From a virus (Duplodnaviria > Caudoviricetes), in IMG/VR virus record IMGVR_UViG_3300025137_000040, positions 1-59,043 of that record: DNA of 59,043 bases; one strand, given 5' to 3'. Of this stretch, positions 1-9,369 are shown one piece after another (positions within the stretch are counted from its first letter, which is position 1; each line of letters starts with the position of its first letter). The translations under genes and the position numbers were made by a program. The notes under the pieces were generated by a model. The model made no database searches, was not told where the DNA came from, and saw only the letters and a program-made list of their open reading frames with translations.

Positions 1-99
1 AGTATCGCTACCTCACTTTTTGTCGCGCCTGTCGATGTCACCGTCAAAAAAGTCAGCGTTTCGTACTTAACAAATGACAATGCCGGATCGTCCTACGAT
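1..99. repeat. Terminal direct repeat, copy 1 (circular assembly overlap)
   Basis: Identical to 58945-59043; one reading frame continues through it. Confidence 0.95.
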
Positions 100-339
100 G
101 AGATCGAACTCGATTTCGGGACTATTAACCTTGAGGACGGCACCATTTCGGACAATGGATTTTCGGTCAATTGGTCACCCGAATCAAACACTGGGGTTTC
201 CGCAACAAACTTAACCGAGAATGTTTCTCAGGGCTCAGTTTTTGGAGTAGGATTCCTTAATGAAAACCAAACATCGCTGGCAGGTGACTCATATAATGGT
301 TTAGTCATCACACTTATTTTTGAGGATGATGACGCCTAG
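1..339 (+). CDS. C-terminal part of collagen-like fibre protein (continues from 58108 across the junction)
   Basis: Frame 1 is open from position 1 ([13 protein letters not shown]...) to TAG at 337-339; total about 391 aa with the 58108 part. Not in the ORF track. Confidence 0.85.
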   Translation, partial: SIATSLFVAPVDVTVKKVSVSYLTNDNAGSSYDEIELDFGTINLEDGTISDNGFSVNWSPESNTGVSATNLTENVSQGSVFGVGFLNENQTSLAGDSYNGLVITLIFEDDDA

Positions 340-1357
340 CGTCCAGGTCACCTACCATCCTAATGCTGCTTGTCAGAGGGTGAGAAAAAAACTCTTGGGT
401 GATGCTAAGGTTGAGCCCCGTAAACTAGTAGAGCAGAGGCTTCCCTATGGTCAGCTATCGCGGGATTTGCCTATTCGACCACTCAGCCTCGGCGGGTGTA
501 GCGAGGTCACGCTCCTGAGGCACAGGCCCGGGCTTGGTGACATGGTCTCTCTGATGGGCGCTATTGATCGTTTCAAAGAACAGCATCCCGGCGTAGCCAT
601 CACGTTACTTGGTGAGCACCCCATTCTATCCATTGCTGAAAACCACCCAAGCATTGATCGTGTGATTTCAGATAAAGGGGAGCTAAATTTAAAATCACAG
701 TTTGTTGATCTCTCCAATCCCGGCCCGTGTGCGGTGCTAGAAGGGTATTTCCGCTCACCGGAACCGGCTAACCGGTCGCTTCTGTTTGCGGCAGCCCTTG
801 GGTTGCAAAAAACAAATACACCGCAGGTCTTCATAACTGAGGAGGAGCGCGAGTGGGCAAGACAATGGTTCGCAGAGCGAGGTCTAGAAAAGCCGGTTGG
901 CGTTGTTTATCAAACCGCTTCTAGAATCAAAAATTTTCTTAACCTGCCTGAGCTGTTTACGCGGGTTCAGTGGGATTTCGACGCCTACCTCATAGAACAT
1001 GAGGAGGTTGGAGCAGCGGAGCCCACCACTCAGGGTTTAACCATACGCGAGCAAGCGGCTCTCATAGGTGAGAGTAAAGCTGTCATAAGTCCGGACACTG
1101 GTTGGTTGCATGTAGCGGGATCGCTGGGGATTCCTTTGATTGGTCTGTTCGGAAGTTATCCTGCACAGCAGACGATGAGCATCTATCAAGTTCCCACCCT
1201 GCCGGTGGTCGGATATTGCCCCTTGGGCCAACAGCCTTGCAGGGGCAGGATCCCCTGCTCGATTGAAGAGGGGTTCGAGCACCCTCCGTGTTTATCTCAA
1301 ACTGTAGGAGAGGTGTTCCCTCAAATTAAATCCTTTTTGAATAGGTATGCCGCATAA
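326..1357 (+). CDS. Glycosyltransferase family 9 (heptosyltransferase-like)
   Basis: GLGD motif and SPDTGWLHVAGSLGIPLIGLFG (GT9 D-S/T-G-x-x-H-x-A motif), followed by a C-terminal Cys cluster. Confidence 0.85.
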   Translation: MMTPSVQVTYHPNAACQRVRKKLLGDAKVEPRKLVEQRLPYGQLSRDLPIRPLSLGGCSEVTLLRHRPGLGDMVSLMGAIDRFKEQHPGVAITLLGEHPILSIAENHPSIDRVISDKGELNLKSQFVDLSNPGPCAVLEGYFRSPEPANRSLLFAAALGLQKTNTPQVFITEEEREWARQWFAERGLEKPVGVVYQTASRIKNFLNLPELFTRVQWDFDAYLIEHEEVGAAEPTTQGLTIREQAALIGESKAVISPDTGWLHVAGSLGIPLIGLFGSYPAQQTMSIYQVPTLPVVGYCPLGQQPCRGRIPCSIEEGFEHPPCLSQTVGEVFPQIKSFLNRYAA

Positions 1358-2021
1358 CTACTCTAACCCTAGGTCTGATTTTCCTGTGTCCGTCGAGTCG
1401 CCGGGCCACGAATGTTTGTGGCTTTTACACATTCCAGGCAACGCTGGTGGTAGCATTAGAAAAGTGATAGGCCAGTTTGGAGGGAATCACAGATCGTTCC
1501 ACCATCACACGGCAAGCAAAATGCTCCAAGTATTTGAGTACGCTCGTAGCAAGCAGCTTTTTGCTATCATCAGAGATCCAGTTGATCGTGCCTTGAAGGC
1601 TTGGGCTTGGTGCTCAAAGCCAAAAACTTGGGGGCCTTTGGTTTCAGATGAGGAGGCGTCTGTGTACTCGACATTATTCGGGGCCAGTGACCCGTCTTTA
1701 TTTTTCGAGTCAGTCGATTTTAATGCGCTCACAAAGATCTGCCATCACTTCACTCCGCAGGTTGATTATCTTGACGCCCCTAACATAGAGTTAATTAGCT
1801 TCGAAGACCTGCAAGAGGGGCTGGACCGTTTGGTAGACCAGTATGGTGGTAGCAGAGTAATGCTTCCCACTAAGCCAGAGCATGCCTCGGGGCGGCCTAG
1901 CTCCGACTCTCTAAGCCCGCTAGCTAAGTCTAGGATCCTCGATTTTTATTCGAGGGATTCAGACCTCCATAGAGAAATATTTCGTACCTTTTTAACCGCT
2001 CGTGAATATGCGAGCATATGA
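1347..2021 (+). CDS. Sulfotransferase family 2-like protein
   Basis: LHIPGNAGGSI (cf. HIPKxAGTS), IIRDPVDR, HFTPQ, FEDL and FYSRD motifs. Confidence 0.75.
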   Translation: MPHNYSNPRSDFPVSVESPGHECLWLLHIPGNAGGSIRKVIGQFGGNHRSFHHHTASKMLQVFEYARSKQLFAIIRDPVDRALKAWAWCSKPKTWGPLVSDEEASVYSTLFGASDPSLFFESVDFNALTKICHHFTPQVDYLDAPNIELISFEDLQEGLDRLVDQYGGSRVMLPTKPEHASGRPSSDSLSPLAKSRILDFYSRDSDLHREIFRTFLTAREYASI

Positions 2022-2055
2022 CAAACAACAAAACAACAAAACAACAACTGATATT

Positions 2056-2235
2056 ATGAACAAAGAATCTATTCTGGGTGTCGTACGTCACCTTCTCACA
2101 TTTTCGGGTGGGCTTTTGGTGACCAAGGGCATTGGCCTTGATGAACAAATGATGCTCGAAGCAGTGGGAAGTATTATCACACTCATCGGTATCGTCTGGT
2201 CTGTCCGTCAGAAGAAAAAGCCGATCGAGGGTTGA
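2056..2235 (+). CDS. Putative holin (two transmembrane helices)
   Basis: MNKESILGVVRHLLTFSGGLL... with a second hydrophobic helix and a basic C-terminus; first gene of the lysis cluster. Confidence 0.65.
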   Translation: MNKESILGVVRHLLTFSGGLLVTKGIGLDEQMMLEAVGSIITLIGIVWSVRQKKKPIEG

Positions 2236-2238
2236 TAT

Positions 2239-2487
2239 ATGACTTTGATCAAAGCTTTGGCGGCGGCGTTAAACGCGCTCGCCGCCTTTCTGAAGTACGT
2301 CTACCCAGTCAAACAGCTTAGAGAAATCCACAAGGACATTGACAACTATGAAGATCAGATTATGGAGCTTGGCCATATTGGTAATGCTCACTCCAAGCTG
2401 CAGCTGGAAGTCCTCCACAAAAGGAAGACTAGAACTGAACGACTCCTCTCTGTATTCACCTCCGACGGTGACTACCCTCCCAGGTGA
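2239..2487 (+). CDS. Putative inner-membrane spanin (Rz-like)
   Basis: N-terminal hydrophobic helix then helical domain; overlaps a lipoprotein ORF in another frame. Confidence 0.5.
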   Translation: MTLIKALAAALNALAAFLKYVYPVKQLREIHKDIDNYEDQIMELGHIGNAHSKLQLEVLHKRKTRTERLLSVFTSDGDYPPR

Positions 2488-2581
2488 GGTGTATCGATTT
2501 AAAGAGGGCAAGTTGGTCGGACGGGGGGAGCGCTTTCACTCACACGCCTCATATATGAGAGCGCTAATAATCGGCAAGTGA
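2348..2581 (+). CDS. Putative outer-membrane lipoprotein spanin (Rz1-like)
   Basis: MKIRLWSLAILVMLTPS-C lipoprotein-type signal, Pro-containing mature part; overlaps the previous ORF. Confidence 0.55.
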   Translation: MKIRLWSLAILVMLTPSCSWKSSTKGRLELNDSSLYSPPTVTTLPGEVYRFKEGKLVGRGERFHSHASYMRALIIGK

Positions 2582-2600
2582 AGTCCTAGTTTCATTGGTT

Positions 2601-3404
2601 ATGGGTAGACTAAACGAACAAAACGAGGCTGCAGTTTGGACTGAGGTTTGGAGATTGAACAACGGTCACTACGGTGAGATAGGGGAGGGTAACCGTAACC
2701 GCCTTCTATCTGTTTTCTATAGTTTACTGGACTATCCCGAGGGGGAGAGTCCTGGCACTCCGGTTCCTATTAAAGCCCTTTCCAGAGAGGCTTCCCGTCC
2801 ATTCCTTTCGGCAAACTCTATCGAAGGTTATGAGCCCCCTGAGTGGCTTGTAAGAGGAAGCGACTTCCCAATTGTGGGCCGAAGGTTTTCAGCCTCGGAG
2901 TTTGTTGAGTATTTAGGATCTGAAGACCTAGACAGTATGGAGTGGGAGCCCACTGGTATAACTGTTCATCACACCGCTTACCCCTACCTCGAGATGAGGC
3001 CAGAGGGCTTTACCGAGGCCCACATGAAAAACCTCCGGTCTTATTATAAAAACACTAGGGGATGGCGTTCAGGCCCCCATCTTTTCACGGATGACCACGG
3101 TATTTGGGTTCTCACTCCACTCACTAAGCGGGGGGTGCATGCTTCTTCTTTTAATGCTTCGAGGATAGGTATTGAAATGTTGGGAGACTTTGACCACAAA
3201 GATGATCCCGACAGCGGGAGAGGGAAGGCCTGCACTGATTTTGCTAAGTTTGCCGCTGCGGCTTTGATGAAGCACATTCCAATATCGACGGGAAAACTTA
3301 ATTTCCACAGGCACGATCCCCTAACATCAAAGTCTTGCCCCGGTAAAAAGGTCGATTTTCGCCTCTTTGAGGAGGATGTAATCTCGATTTATGATACAAT
3401 ATAA
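2601..3404 (+). CDS. Endolysin, N-acetylmuramoyl-L-alanine amidase (Amidase_2-like)
   Basis: VHHT, GVHAS, IGIEMLG, FHRH and SCPG zinc-amidase motifs. Confidence 0.85.
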   Translation: MGRLNEQNEAAVWTEVWRLNNGHYGEIGEGNRNRLLSVFYSLLDYPEGESPGTPVPIKALSREASRPFLSANSIEGYEPPEWLVRGSDFPIVGRRFSASEFVEYLGSEDLDSMEWEPTGITVHHTAYPYLEMRPEGFTEAHMKNLRSYYKNTRGWRSGPHLFTDDHGIWVLTPLTKRGVHASSFNASRIGIEMLGDFDHKDDPDSGRGKACTDFAKFAAAALMKHIPISTGKLNFHRHDPLTSKSCPGKKVDFRLFEEDVISIYDTI

Positions 3405-3415
3405 TATGCGGAAAT

Positions 3416-3676
3416 ATGATACCAAGCCAACAAAAGCCATTTAACTTAATCGGAGAGTTTCTAGAGGTACTCCATCAGGGAACTCCGACTCAGGACAAGG
3501 CCCTAGCGGGACTATCCTCAGTGTTGTCTGTAGCCCTAACGCTTTCAGATATCGCTACTTTCATTGGTGCAATTGTAGGGCTAGCCACGTTTTTTCATAT
3601 TTTAATTAGGATCAAGATAGCTCTAGTCGATTTAAAAATTAGGAGGAAGGAGTCCCATAAAGATGGCAAAGATTAA
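3416..3676 (+). CDS. Small membrane protein, possible second holin/antiholin
   Basis: Two hydrophobic segments and a basic C-terminus, directly after the endolysin. Confidence 0.45.
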   Translation: MIPSQQKPFNLIGEFLEVLHQGTPTQDKALAGLSSVLSVALTLSDIATFIGAIVGLATFFHILIRIKIALVDLKIRRKESHKDGKD

Positions 3677-5387
3677 TCCAGCCCCAGGTCGGAATAGGAT
3701 TCTGACTTTCGCCACTCCAAAAGTCGGGGACCTCATCTTCTATGAGACCCACGACATCACCCTCCCCGAGTACAGTGAGCCCAAGGAGTATGGCCAGCCT
3801 TATCCCGGCGGCAATTATCCAGACCACGTATTGGTATTTATTTCTCCTCACGGTGATGGTAACGGGCATTGGTCCCGTTGGTATTATGCGGCGAAACGGG
3901 ATAGTCAGGATGACTATAACTTTGAGTTAGACGGAGACACCCGCCTTGTTCGAACTTACATAGTTCCCCGGAAAGAATATTTAGAGGGTGGTTACGTAGA
4001 GCCTGCTTACGGGTCTGCTGACTCTTCTTTTTCTGAGTTTAAATATGGCAGCCAGGACGTTAAGCGTATCGGTCAAAAAGAGCTGGATTCATACTTTGTT
4101 GTCATTAGACAAAATTTTCTTAACGACTCTATTACTCAGTCAATTAGCGAATCAGGTTCTAGTAGGGGGGAGACCTCCTCTGAAACCTCTGTGGGAACCA
4201 CAGCAGCAGCCTCGGCTGTATCCCCTGGAATTGTTCTGCAGAGGAGAAGCAACCTTACCGCAGAGGAGCTTTGGCAGAACACCGAAGAAGTATTAGATCT
4301 TAGGGAGGGCGTGAACCAAACCTCGGTTGACTACAAGCCTGGTTTGAAGACCACAAGAACTTCGGAACTGTCCTCCACTGAGCCCTATGAGGCAGGGGAC
4401 GATACATCATTTGCAAAAGACCTCGTCACAACAGATGTGAATAATGCTGATGCTGTGTGGAAAGCCAATCGAGAGGCGCGAGTGTCAGATCCTTCAACGG
4501 GAGAAGAAACGACTACGCAGTTGGGCGGCGGCATGGTCTCTGTTGACCTTGGTATGGTCGATGAGTCCGCCTCTGCTGACCAGGGCCTTTACGTGTTGTC
4601 CTCCCAGGTTAGTCCTATTGGTAAAGGAGACGCTCTAAAGAGAACCAGAACAATTGATTCTTTTCCTACGCTCACTGAGGAAGTCTACGATGAGTCTGTG
4701 GGTCAATTTGTGAAGGTTACAAAAGATGTTATCGCTGCCGGTTCAGAGTCGGGCTCTGCAACACCAGGAAATATAACCGAGATCAAGCCTGTTGATAAGT
4801 GGAGGTCCATAAAGATTAACACTCAATATGTTACCTCTCCGGTGGGGTATACTGAGACCTTTCCTATCGTTGATACTTATCAGTACCCGCCGGTTCTTAA
4901 CAGTGCGGAGTTTCAATTCGTTTATGCTTATGCTCATTCGAATGGCAGGACCGACTACGCGGAGGATATGGCTCTTATATATGACTTGAGCGAGTCCTAT
5001 TCCACGGCCGTCGAAGGGAAGGTTTTGCGAATCACAACGGATGATCCGGAGACGGTGGCTGACACTTATAGACAAGAGGTTAAAACACAGTTATCGAGTC
5101 ACACCATATCCTATATGGCGGCTTGGTTTTGGGTTAGCAACATTCCCACTGAGGCTATTGCTAAGGCTAATTTAAGGACCTTCCAGACCCCAATGGCTGT
5201 GATCCCCAATGCTATTACTTTGGTTGCCCCGAATCCTGCTGCGGCACTTATTTCAATTGACCGTAAGCAAACCAGCACTCTACCAGCCGGGGGCACTGTG
5301 CCCTCTGGTTGGACAACTGTAGACATACAGACCTCCAGAGCAAAACTCGGGTTGTTTACGGTTTCCGTTAAGCAGTTGAACCTGTAA
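3663..5387 (+). CDS. Putative tail/virion structural protein
   Basis: 574 aa, S/T/V-rich, in the late operon, overlapping its neighbours. Confidence 0.5.
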   Translation: MAKINPAPGRNRILTFATPKVGDLIFYETHDITLPEYSEPKEYGQPYPGGNYPDHVLVFISPHGDGNGHWSRWYYAAKRDSQDDYNFELDGDTRLVRTYIVPRKEYLEGGYVEPAYGSADSSFSEFKYGSQDVKRIGQKELDSYFVVIRQNFLNDSITQSISESGSSRGETSSETSVGTTAAASAVSPGIVLQRRSNLTAEELWQNTEEVLDLREGVNQTSVDYKPGLKTTRTSELSSTEPYEAGDDTSFAKDLVTTDVNNADAVWKANREARVSDPSTGEETTTQLGGGMVSVDLGMVDESASADQGLYVLSSQVSPIGKGDALKRTRTIDSFPTLTEEVYDESVGQFVKVTKDVIAAGSESGSATPGNITEIKPVDKWRSIKINTQYVTSPVGYTETFPIVDTYQYPPVLNSAEFQFVYAYAHSNGRTDYAEDMALIYDLSESYSTAVEGKVLRITTDDPETVADTYRQEVKTQLSSHTISYMAAWFWVSNIPTEAIAKANLRTFQTPMAVIPNAITLVAPNPAAALISIDRKQTSTLPAGGTVPSGWTTVDIQTSRAKLGLFTVSVKQLNL

Positions 5388-6316
5388 TGCAAAAAGATAA
5401 TAGACCTGGTTTTCCTGGATTGGAAAGCGCTGAGGAGTTCCGTCAGAGCGGAGGGCTTCTAGGTGCGGCTGAGAAAGGTAATGCCGAAGCAGAAGGTGAG
5501 GAGGTGGCCCCTGCTGATGAGCCGCCAGGCCAACTCGACGGGGATGAGGAGAGTCCCCAAAGAACCTCCAGGGGAGAGCAGGTAGAGAATGCGCCCCCAC
5601 TAAGCTCCGGACGTGCCCGTGCGGCAGAGAGGGCCCGAATTCGGGAAGAGACGCGAGAGGTCCGAAAGGAGCAGGCGAGGGCTAACCAACAGGCCCTAGC
5701 GGAGCAGAACCGACAGTCAGGCCTCGACGATGTTCAGTTTAATAACCTAGATGATAACGAAGTTTTCAAGGCTTTACTGGATGCTGAGCCTGGCGCTTTA
5801 GTTACGGAAGGGGCTAGACTCACCGGTAACTCGATACAAAGAGCTTATGTACCTACTCCCACGGCCCCACCTGTGGGATCAGGCAAGCAAGATGGAGGTG
5901 GAGGTAAGGCTGGCCCCGCCCTCCCATACTCGCTTTCTCCTAGCGGTAGCGATGTTTTAGTAACCTATGGTTATGTCAAGGCTAGGAATGAAGATATCAG
6001 CTATGAAAGGACTGCAACCGACATGGACATTACTGATGGTTTCACGGTTTCTTCACCATCAAACGATGATTGGATAAGCCTAAAAGTAGAAGTTGAGTAT
6101 CCGAATGTGGCAATGGAGCTAACGATTGATGTCACTAATGGCTCTTCTCCACCCACTGATGTGGCACCGGTCAGTGGGGGATCAAGTGGTTATTACTATC
6201 TCCCTCTCGGTCAGGTTTCTATATCAGGAAGTGACCTCACGACAACCAGCCTCGCGAGTTCAAGTTTTCTTTTCGACATCGCTTGTGATGGTATGGCTGT
6301 CTGGGGAAGACTGTAA
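5387..6316 (+). CDS. Putative virion protein
   Basis: TAATG coupling on both sides; acidic N-half and beta-rich C-half. Confidence 0.45.
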   Translation: MQKDNRPGFPGLESAEEFRQSGGLLGAAEKGNAEAEGEEVAPADEPPGQLDGDEESPQRTSRGEQVENAPPLSSGRARAAERARIREETREVRKEQARANQQALAEQNRQSGLDDVQFNNLDDNEVFKALLDAEPGALVTEGARLTGNSIQRAYVPTPTAPPVGSGKQDGGGGKAGPALPYSLSPSGSDVLVTYGYVKARNEDISYERTATDMDITDGFTVSSPSNDDWISLKVEVEYPNVAMELTIDVTNGSSPPTDVAPVSGGSSGYYYLPLGQVSISGSDLTTTSLASSSFLFDIACDGMAVWGRL

Positions 6317-7080
6317 TGAGTGTACCTGCCTCTGAGTATCGGTCTTCTGGGGGTCACCCTGCACTCCACGTTTTTCGGGGAAGTAACTGGCCCTGTGAGA
6401 CCGACTTGATGTTAACCATGACGATTTCTTGGACCGAAGAAGACTCCAAGGATACCCATAGAAGATACTTCGGTAAGCTGTGGGCCAACGGGTTGCCCGT
6501 GGACATACCGGTGGAGACCTCCTCTGGGAGAGACACTTTGACCACCTACATAACTACTAGTACGATCACCACCGGCACTGTCCCAGTATACCAGGGTAAC
6601 GCTTATATAGTTGGTTACCGCGATTTTAGCTCATGGAAGTGGGGTGAAGGGGATATTAATTTCATCGAGGGTCCAGATGGGCATGCCACTGATGTTTCTG
6701 GACAAGGAGATGAGTGGTGCAGCTCGGGCGCGATGAGGTTTCGGCACCTGAAGCTAGAAGCTGGCACCTACAGCCCAACTAACACAACCGCTGCCCAGAC
6801 TACTGGCAGCTTCTTTAGCTTTGGACTTTGGGGGATTCAGGAAAGAGTCCCCAACTTTCCCGATTACTTTACAGCCCTCTCTGTAAATGGGTCTGCGGGT
6901 AACGAAGCTGCTGTTTTCCGAGACTGCAGTAGCTTCACGGGAGGCCTGCCTGATCCTGGAACCTTTACCACGAACACCACCGCCATATCCAATGCCCATA
7001 CCAATTCTATCACAATAGATGACGGGGCTACTGTTTCGTGGGCTGCCACAAATGCCAGCGCCTCAGGTTGGCAGACTTGA
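6316..7080 (+). CDS. Putative virion/tail protein (Thr-rich)
   Basis: Translationally coupled to the upstream gene; T/S/G-rich. Confidence 0.45.
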   Translation: MSVPASEYRSSGGHPALHVFRGSNWPCETDLMLTMTISWTEEDSKDTHRRYFGKLWANGLPVDIPVETSSGRDTLTTYITTSTITTGTVPVYQGNAYIVGYRDFSSWKWGEGDINFIEGPDGHATDVSGQGDEWCSSGAMRFRHLKLEAGTYSPTNTTAAQTTGSFFSFGLWGIQERVPNFPDYFTALSVNGSAGNEAAVFRDCSSFTGGLPDPGTFTTNTTAISNAHTNSITIDDGATVSWAATNASASGWQT

Positions 7081-7088
7081 TATTCCAA

Positions 7089-8171
7089 ATGCCTAACATC
7101 ATTGCAGTAACAGGGAGCCCTCGGGGAGGAACTTCTCTTTCAATGCAGCTTTTTGCTCACTCACTCGGCGAAGGCAGGATTATATACAGTGAGCCCCAGG
7201 CCCAGCCCCGCAATATGCTCCCTCCCGAGGTTAAGGCCCTTCAAAGTTGGGTCGAGGTTCGAGATGGCTTCAGTGAAAAGAGGGATCTGAAGTCTGAGTT
7301 AAACCCCCGAGGCTTCTACGAGGGCTGGCCGTGCATGGGTATTCCTTGGAGTTTGGTTAACCATCAACGAATCAAGGAGGTAGAGTCGGAGTCGAGCAGG
7401 CGGGTAGCAAAGATTGTTGGGGAGGGGCTCCTTAAAACGAATCCAGAATACATAGAGTCTTTGGTAGTGGTCCTTCGACCACCTAGGTTTGTTGCTAATT
7501 CCCAGGAGAAGCTTGTCGGCCCAATAAACATAAGGGACAGAGACCAGGGCATGCACAATGTCAGAAGGGAAGCAAAAGTACATAACCCGGATTTTTGGCT
7601 TAGCCATATGGTGAGCATTGCCCGTTGGGTAAAAGACTTCCCTGGCGTTCCTGTCCATATTATTGAATATGAAAACCTACTCGATCCCGATAGGAGAGAG
7701 GATGAGCTTGGTAAACTACAGGCTTTTATCGGCGAGGGCGATTTTGTTGGTGGAGGATCCAAGGTGATTGACCCCTCTTTGCGGAGGTCCTCCCCCAGAG
7801 AGGGTAACACCCCAGGGGTTGAGAGTGATTTCGTATTTGCCGACAGTCTGTATCCTTTGCTACGCGATAAGGATTGGGCAGGGGTTTCCAAATCTGTTGG
7901 TGAGCACAACCGTAAAAAGCTGCAACAGGCTAGAAGAAGTAAACCCGATAACTATCTGTGCTACCGGGTAAACCTTCCGGTCCATAGGAAGACTTGCTTA
8001 GAATGTGTCAAAGGGGGGACAGTAATGAACAACCTCAAAAAACGGGCTGATGACACAGATGTTAACTGGAGAAAAGAGCCCTGTGTTTTCGAGTGTGCTC
8101 TACGTGTAGATGGAGCGGCTTATAAAACACCCGAGGACAGCATAAAGGGCAACTTTTGGGAAGTTAACTAA
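7089..8171 (+). CDS. Sulfotransferase-like protein with C-terminal Cys-rich extension
   Basis: IAVTGSPRGGTSLSMQ PAPS-binding loop, NPRGFYE, VVLRPP and IIEYENLL motifs. Confidence 0.75.
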   Translation: MPNIIAVTGSPRGGTSLSMQLFAHSLGEGRIIYSEPQAQPRNMLPPEVKALQSWVEVRDGFSEKRDLKSELNPRGFYEGWPCMGIPWSLVNHQRIKEVESESSRRVAKIVGEGLLKTNPEYIESLVVVLRPPRFVANSQEKLVGPINIRDRDQGMHNVRREAKVHNPDFWLSHMVSIARWVKDFPGVPVHIIEYENLLDPDRREDELGKLQAFIGEGDFVGGGSKVIDPSLRRSSPREGNTPGVESDFVFADSLYPLLRDKDWAGVSKSVGEHNRKKLQQARRSKPDNYLCYRVNLPVHRKTCLECVKGGTVMNNLKKRADDTDVNWRKEPCVFECALRVDGAAYKTPEDSIKGNFWEVN

Positions 8172-8194
8172 ATCCTCTTCAAGTCATAATTGCG

Positions 8195-8222
8195 TTGAAA
8201 ATACAGTAAATTCCCGTAATAT
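8195..8222 (+). promoter_or_regulatory. Putative sigma70-like promoter TTGAAA-N16-TAATAT
   Basis: In the AT-rich gap before 8234; same layout as 56575-56602. Confidence 0.5.
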
Positions 8223-8233
8223 TATACTCGCAT

Positions 8234-8911
8234 ATGGCAAACGAAAGGCCCATCACCGTAGCCGAAGGTAGAAACCTGCTTTGGCGCTATACGACCGCAG
8301 ATCAAACCGACGCCGATGGCAGGTTTCTGTTCAGACTTAACCAAGCTGTCGAGCGCATCGTATCCTCCGGTGTTTGGGAGGGCGAAAAAGAATCGGTAAA
8401 CCTTAGCAGCTACATTACAGACGAGGTCCTATCGTTGCCCTACACCTATGATACCATGATGGGGGTCCATGTGGGGGGCAGTCCGCGCACTATTTATTCA
8501 GAAGACATTGAGTTCTCTGTTAGTGGTCCCGGTGCAGTCGATCCAGGCGAGGGGGGAAACCGAGTTATTGATCTCGGCTTTGAGACAAACAGCTTAGGCC
8601 AATCTATTCGTAAATATAAGTTTTTGTCCTCTTCAGATGCCTCAGCTGAGGTTATCGGACGGTGCCGAAAACGCTTCCAGTATATGGTTAGTGACTCGGA
8701 TCTGATCCCTATCGGAAACATAGGAGCGCTCAAGAACGCTATTTTGTGCATCCACTTTGAGGACGAGGGAGACACCGACCGTGCTGAGATCTATTGGCAA
8801 CGTGCAATGAGGACGCTCAACGATGAGCGGACCCTGACCCACACTGGTGTCAACAAGCCTGCGCCTTTCCAGCCCTTCGTTACTGGAAGTAAACCCATTA
8901 GTATGTATTGA
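8234..8911 (+). CDS. Putative head-tail adaptor / tail tubular protein A-like
   Basis: Size (225 aa), helical termini around a beta core, position before the internal virion genes. Confidence 0.5.
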   Translation: MANERPITVAEGRNLLWRYTTADQTDADGRFLFRLNQAVERIVSSGVWEGEKESVNLSSYITDEVLSLPYTYDTMMGVHVGGSPRTIYSEDIEFSVSGPGAVDPGEGGNRVIDLGFETNSLGQSIRKYKFLSSSDASAEVIGRCRKRFQYMVSDSDLIPIGNIGALKNAILCIHFEDEGDTDRAEIYWQRAMRTLNDERTLTHTGVNKPAPFQPFVTGSKPISMY

Positions 8912-9369
8912 TGAGAGCTGACCCTAACAAAATAGCGGCTAATCAAACCCTTAGCGACACGGAGTTCAACAAACGCCTTGCACAAAAGCGTAGACTTCGA
9001 GGTGATATCAATAGGCAAAACCGCTACGCCCGACGGGCCATGTTCAAGTTTCGCAATGATCCCTCTAGAATGCTCGCCGCACAGAGGCTTATGGAAAACG
9101 CTCGCATGATAGGGCAGCGCACTGGTCTGGAGACTACTGGAGGAATCCAAAGTTACGAGGCACTTAGAAACTCAGTGTTTAACGACATGTCCAGAGAGAT
9201 CGATTTCTCCAACCAGGTGTTAGGAATGGCTGAGGATGAACCACAACCCACCCCTTCCCGGGCCCCCCGACAAGATCTTGATGACGATACTGTTGAGCAG
9301 GAACAGATCGACTCAACTGATGACCCTTATTTCCAGAGCCTGCGAACCCGAGCATTTTACGAACTATGA
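8911..9369 (+). CDS. Putative internal virion protein
   Basis: Coupled ORF, helical and R-rich. Confidence 0.4.
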   Translation: MRADPNKIAANQTLSDTEFNKRLAQKRRLRGDINRQNRYARRAMFKFRNDPSRMLAAQRLMENARMIGQRTGLETTGGIQSYEALRNSVFNDMSREIDFSNQVLGMAEDEPQPTPSRAPRQDLDDDTVEQEQIDSTDDPYFQSLRTRAFYEL

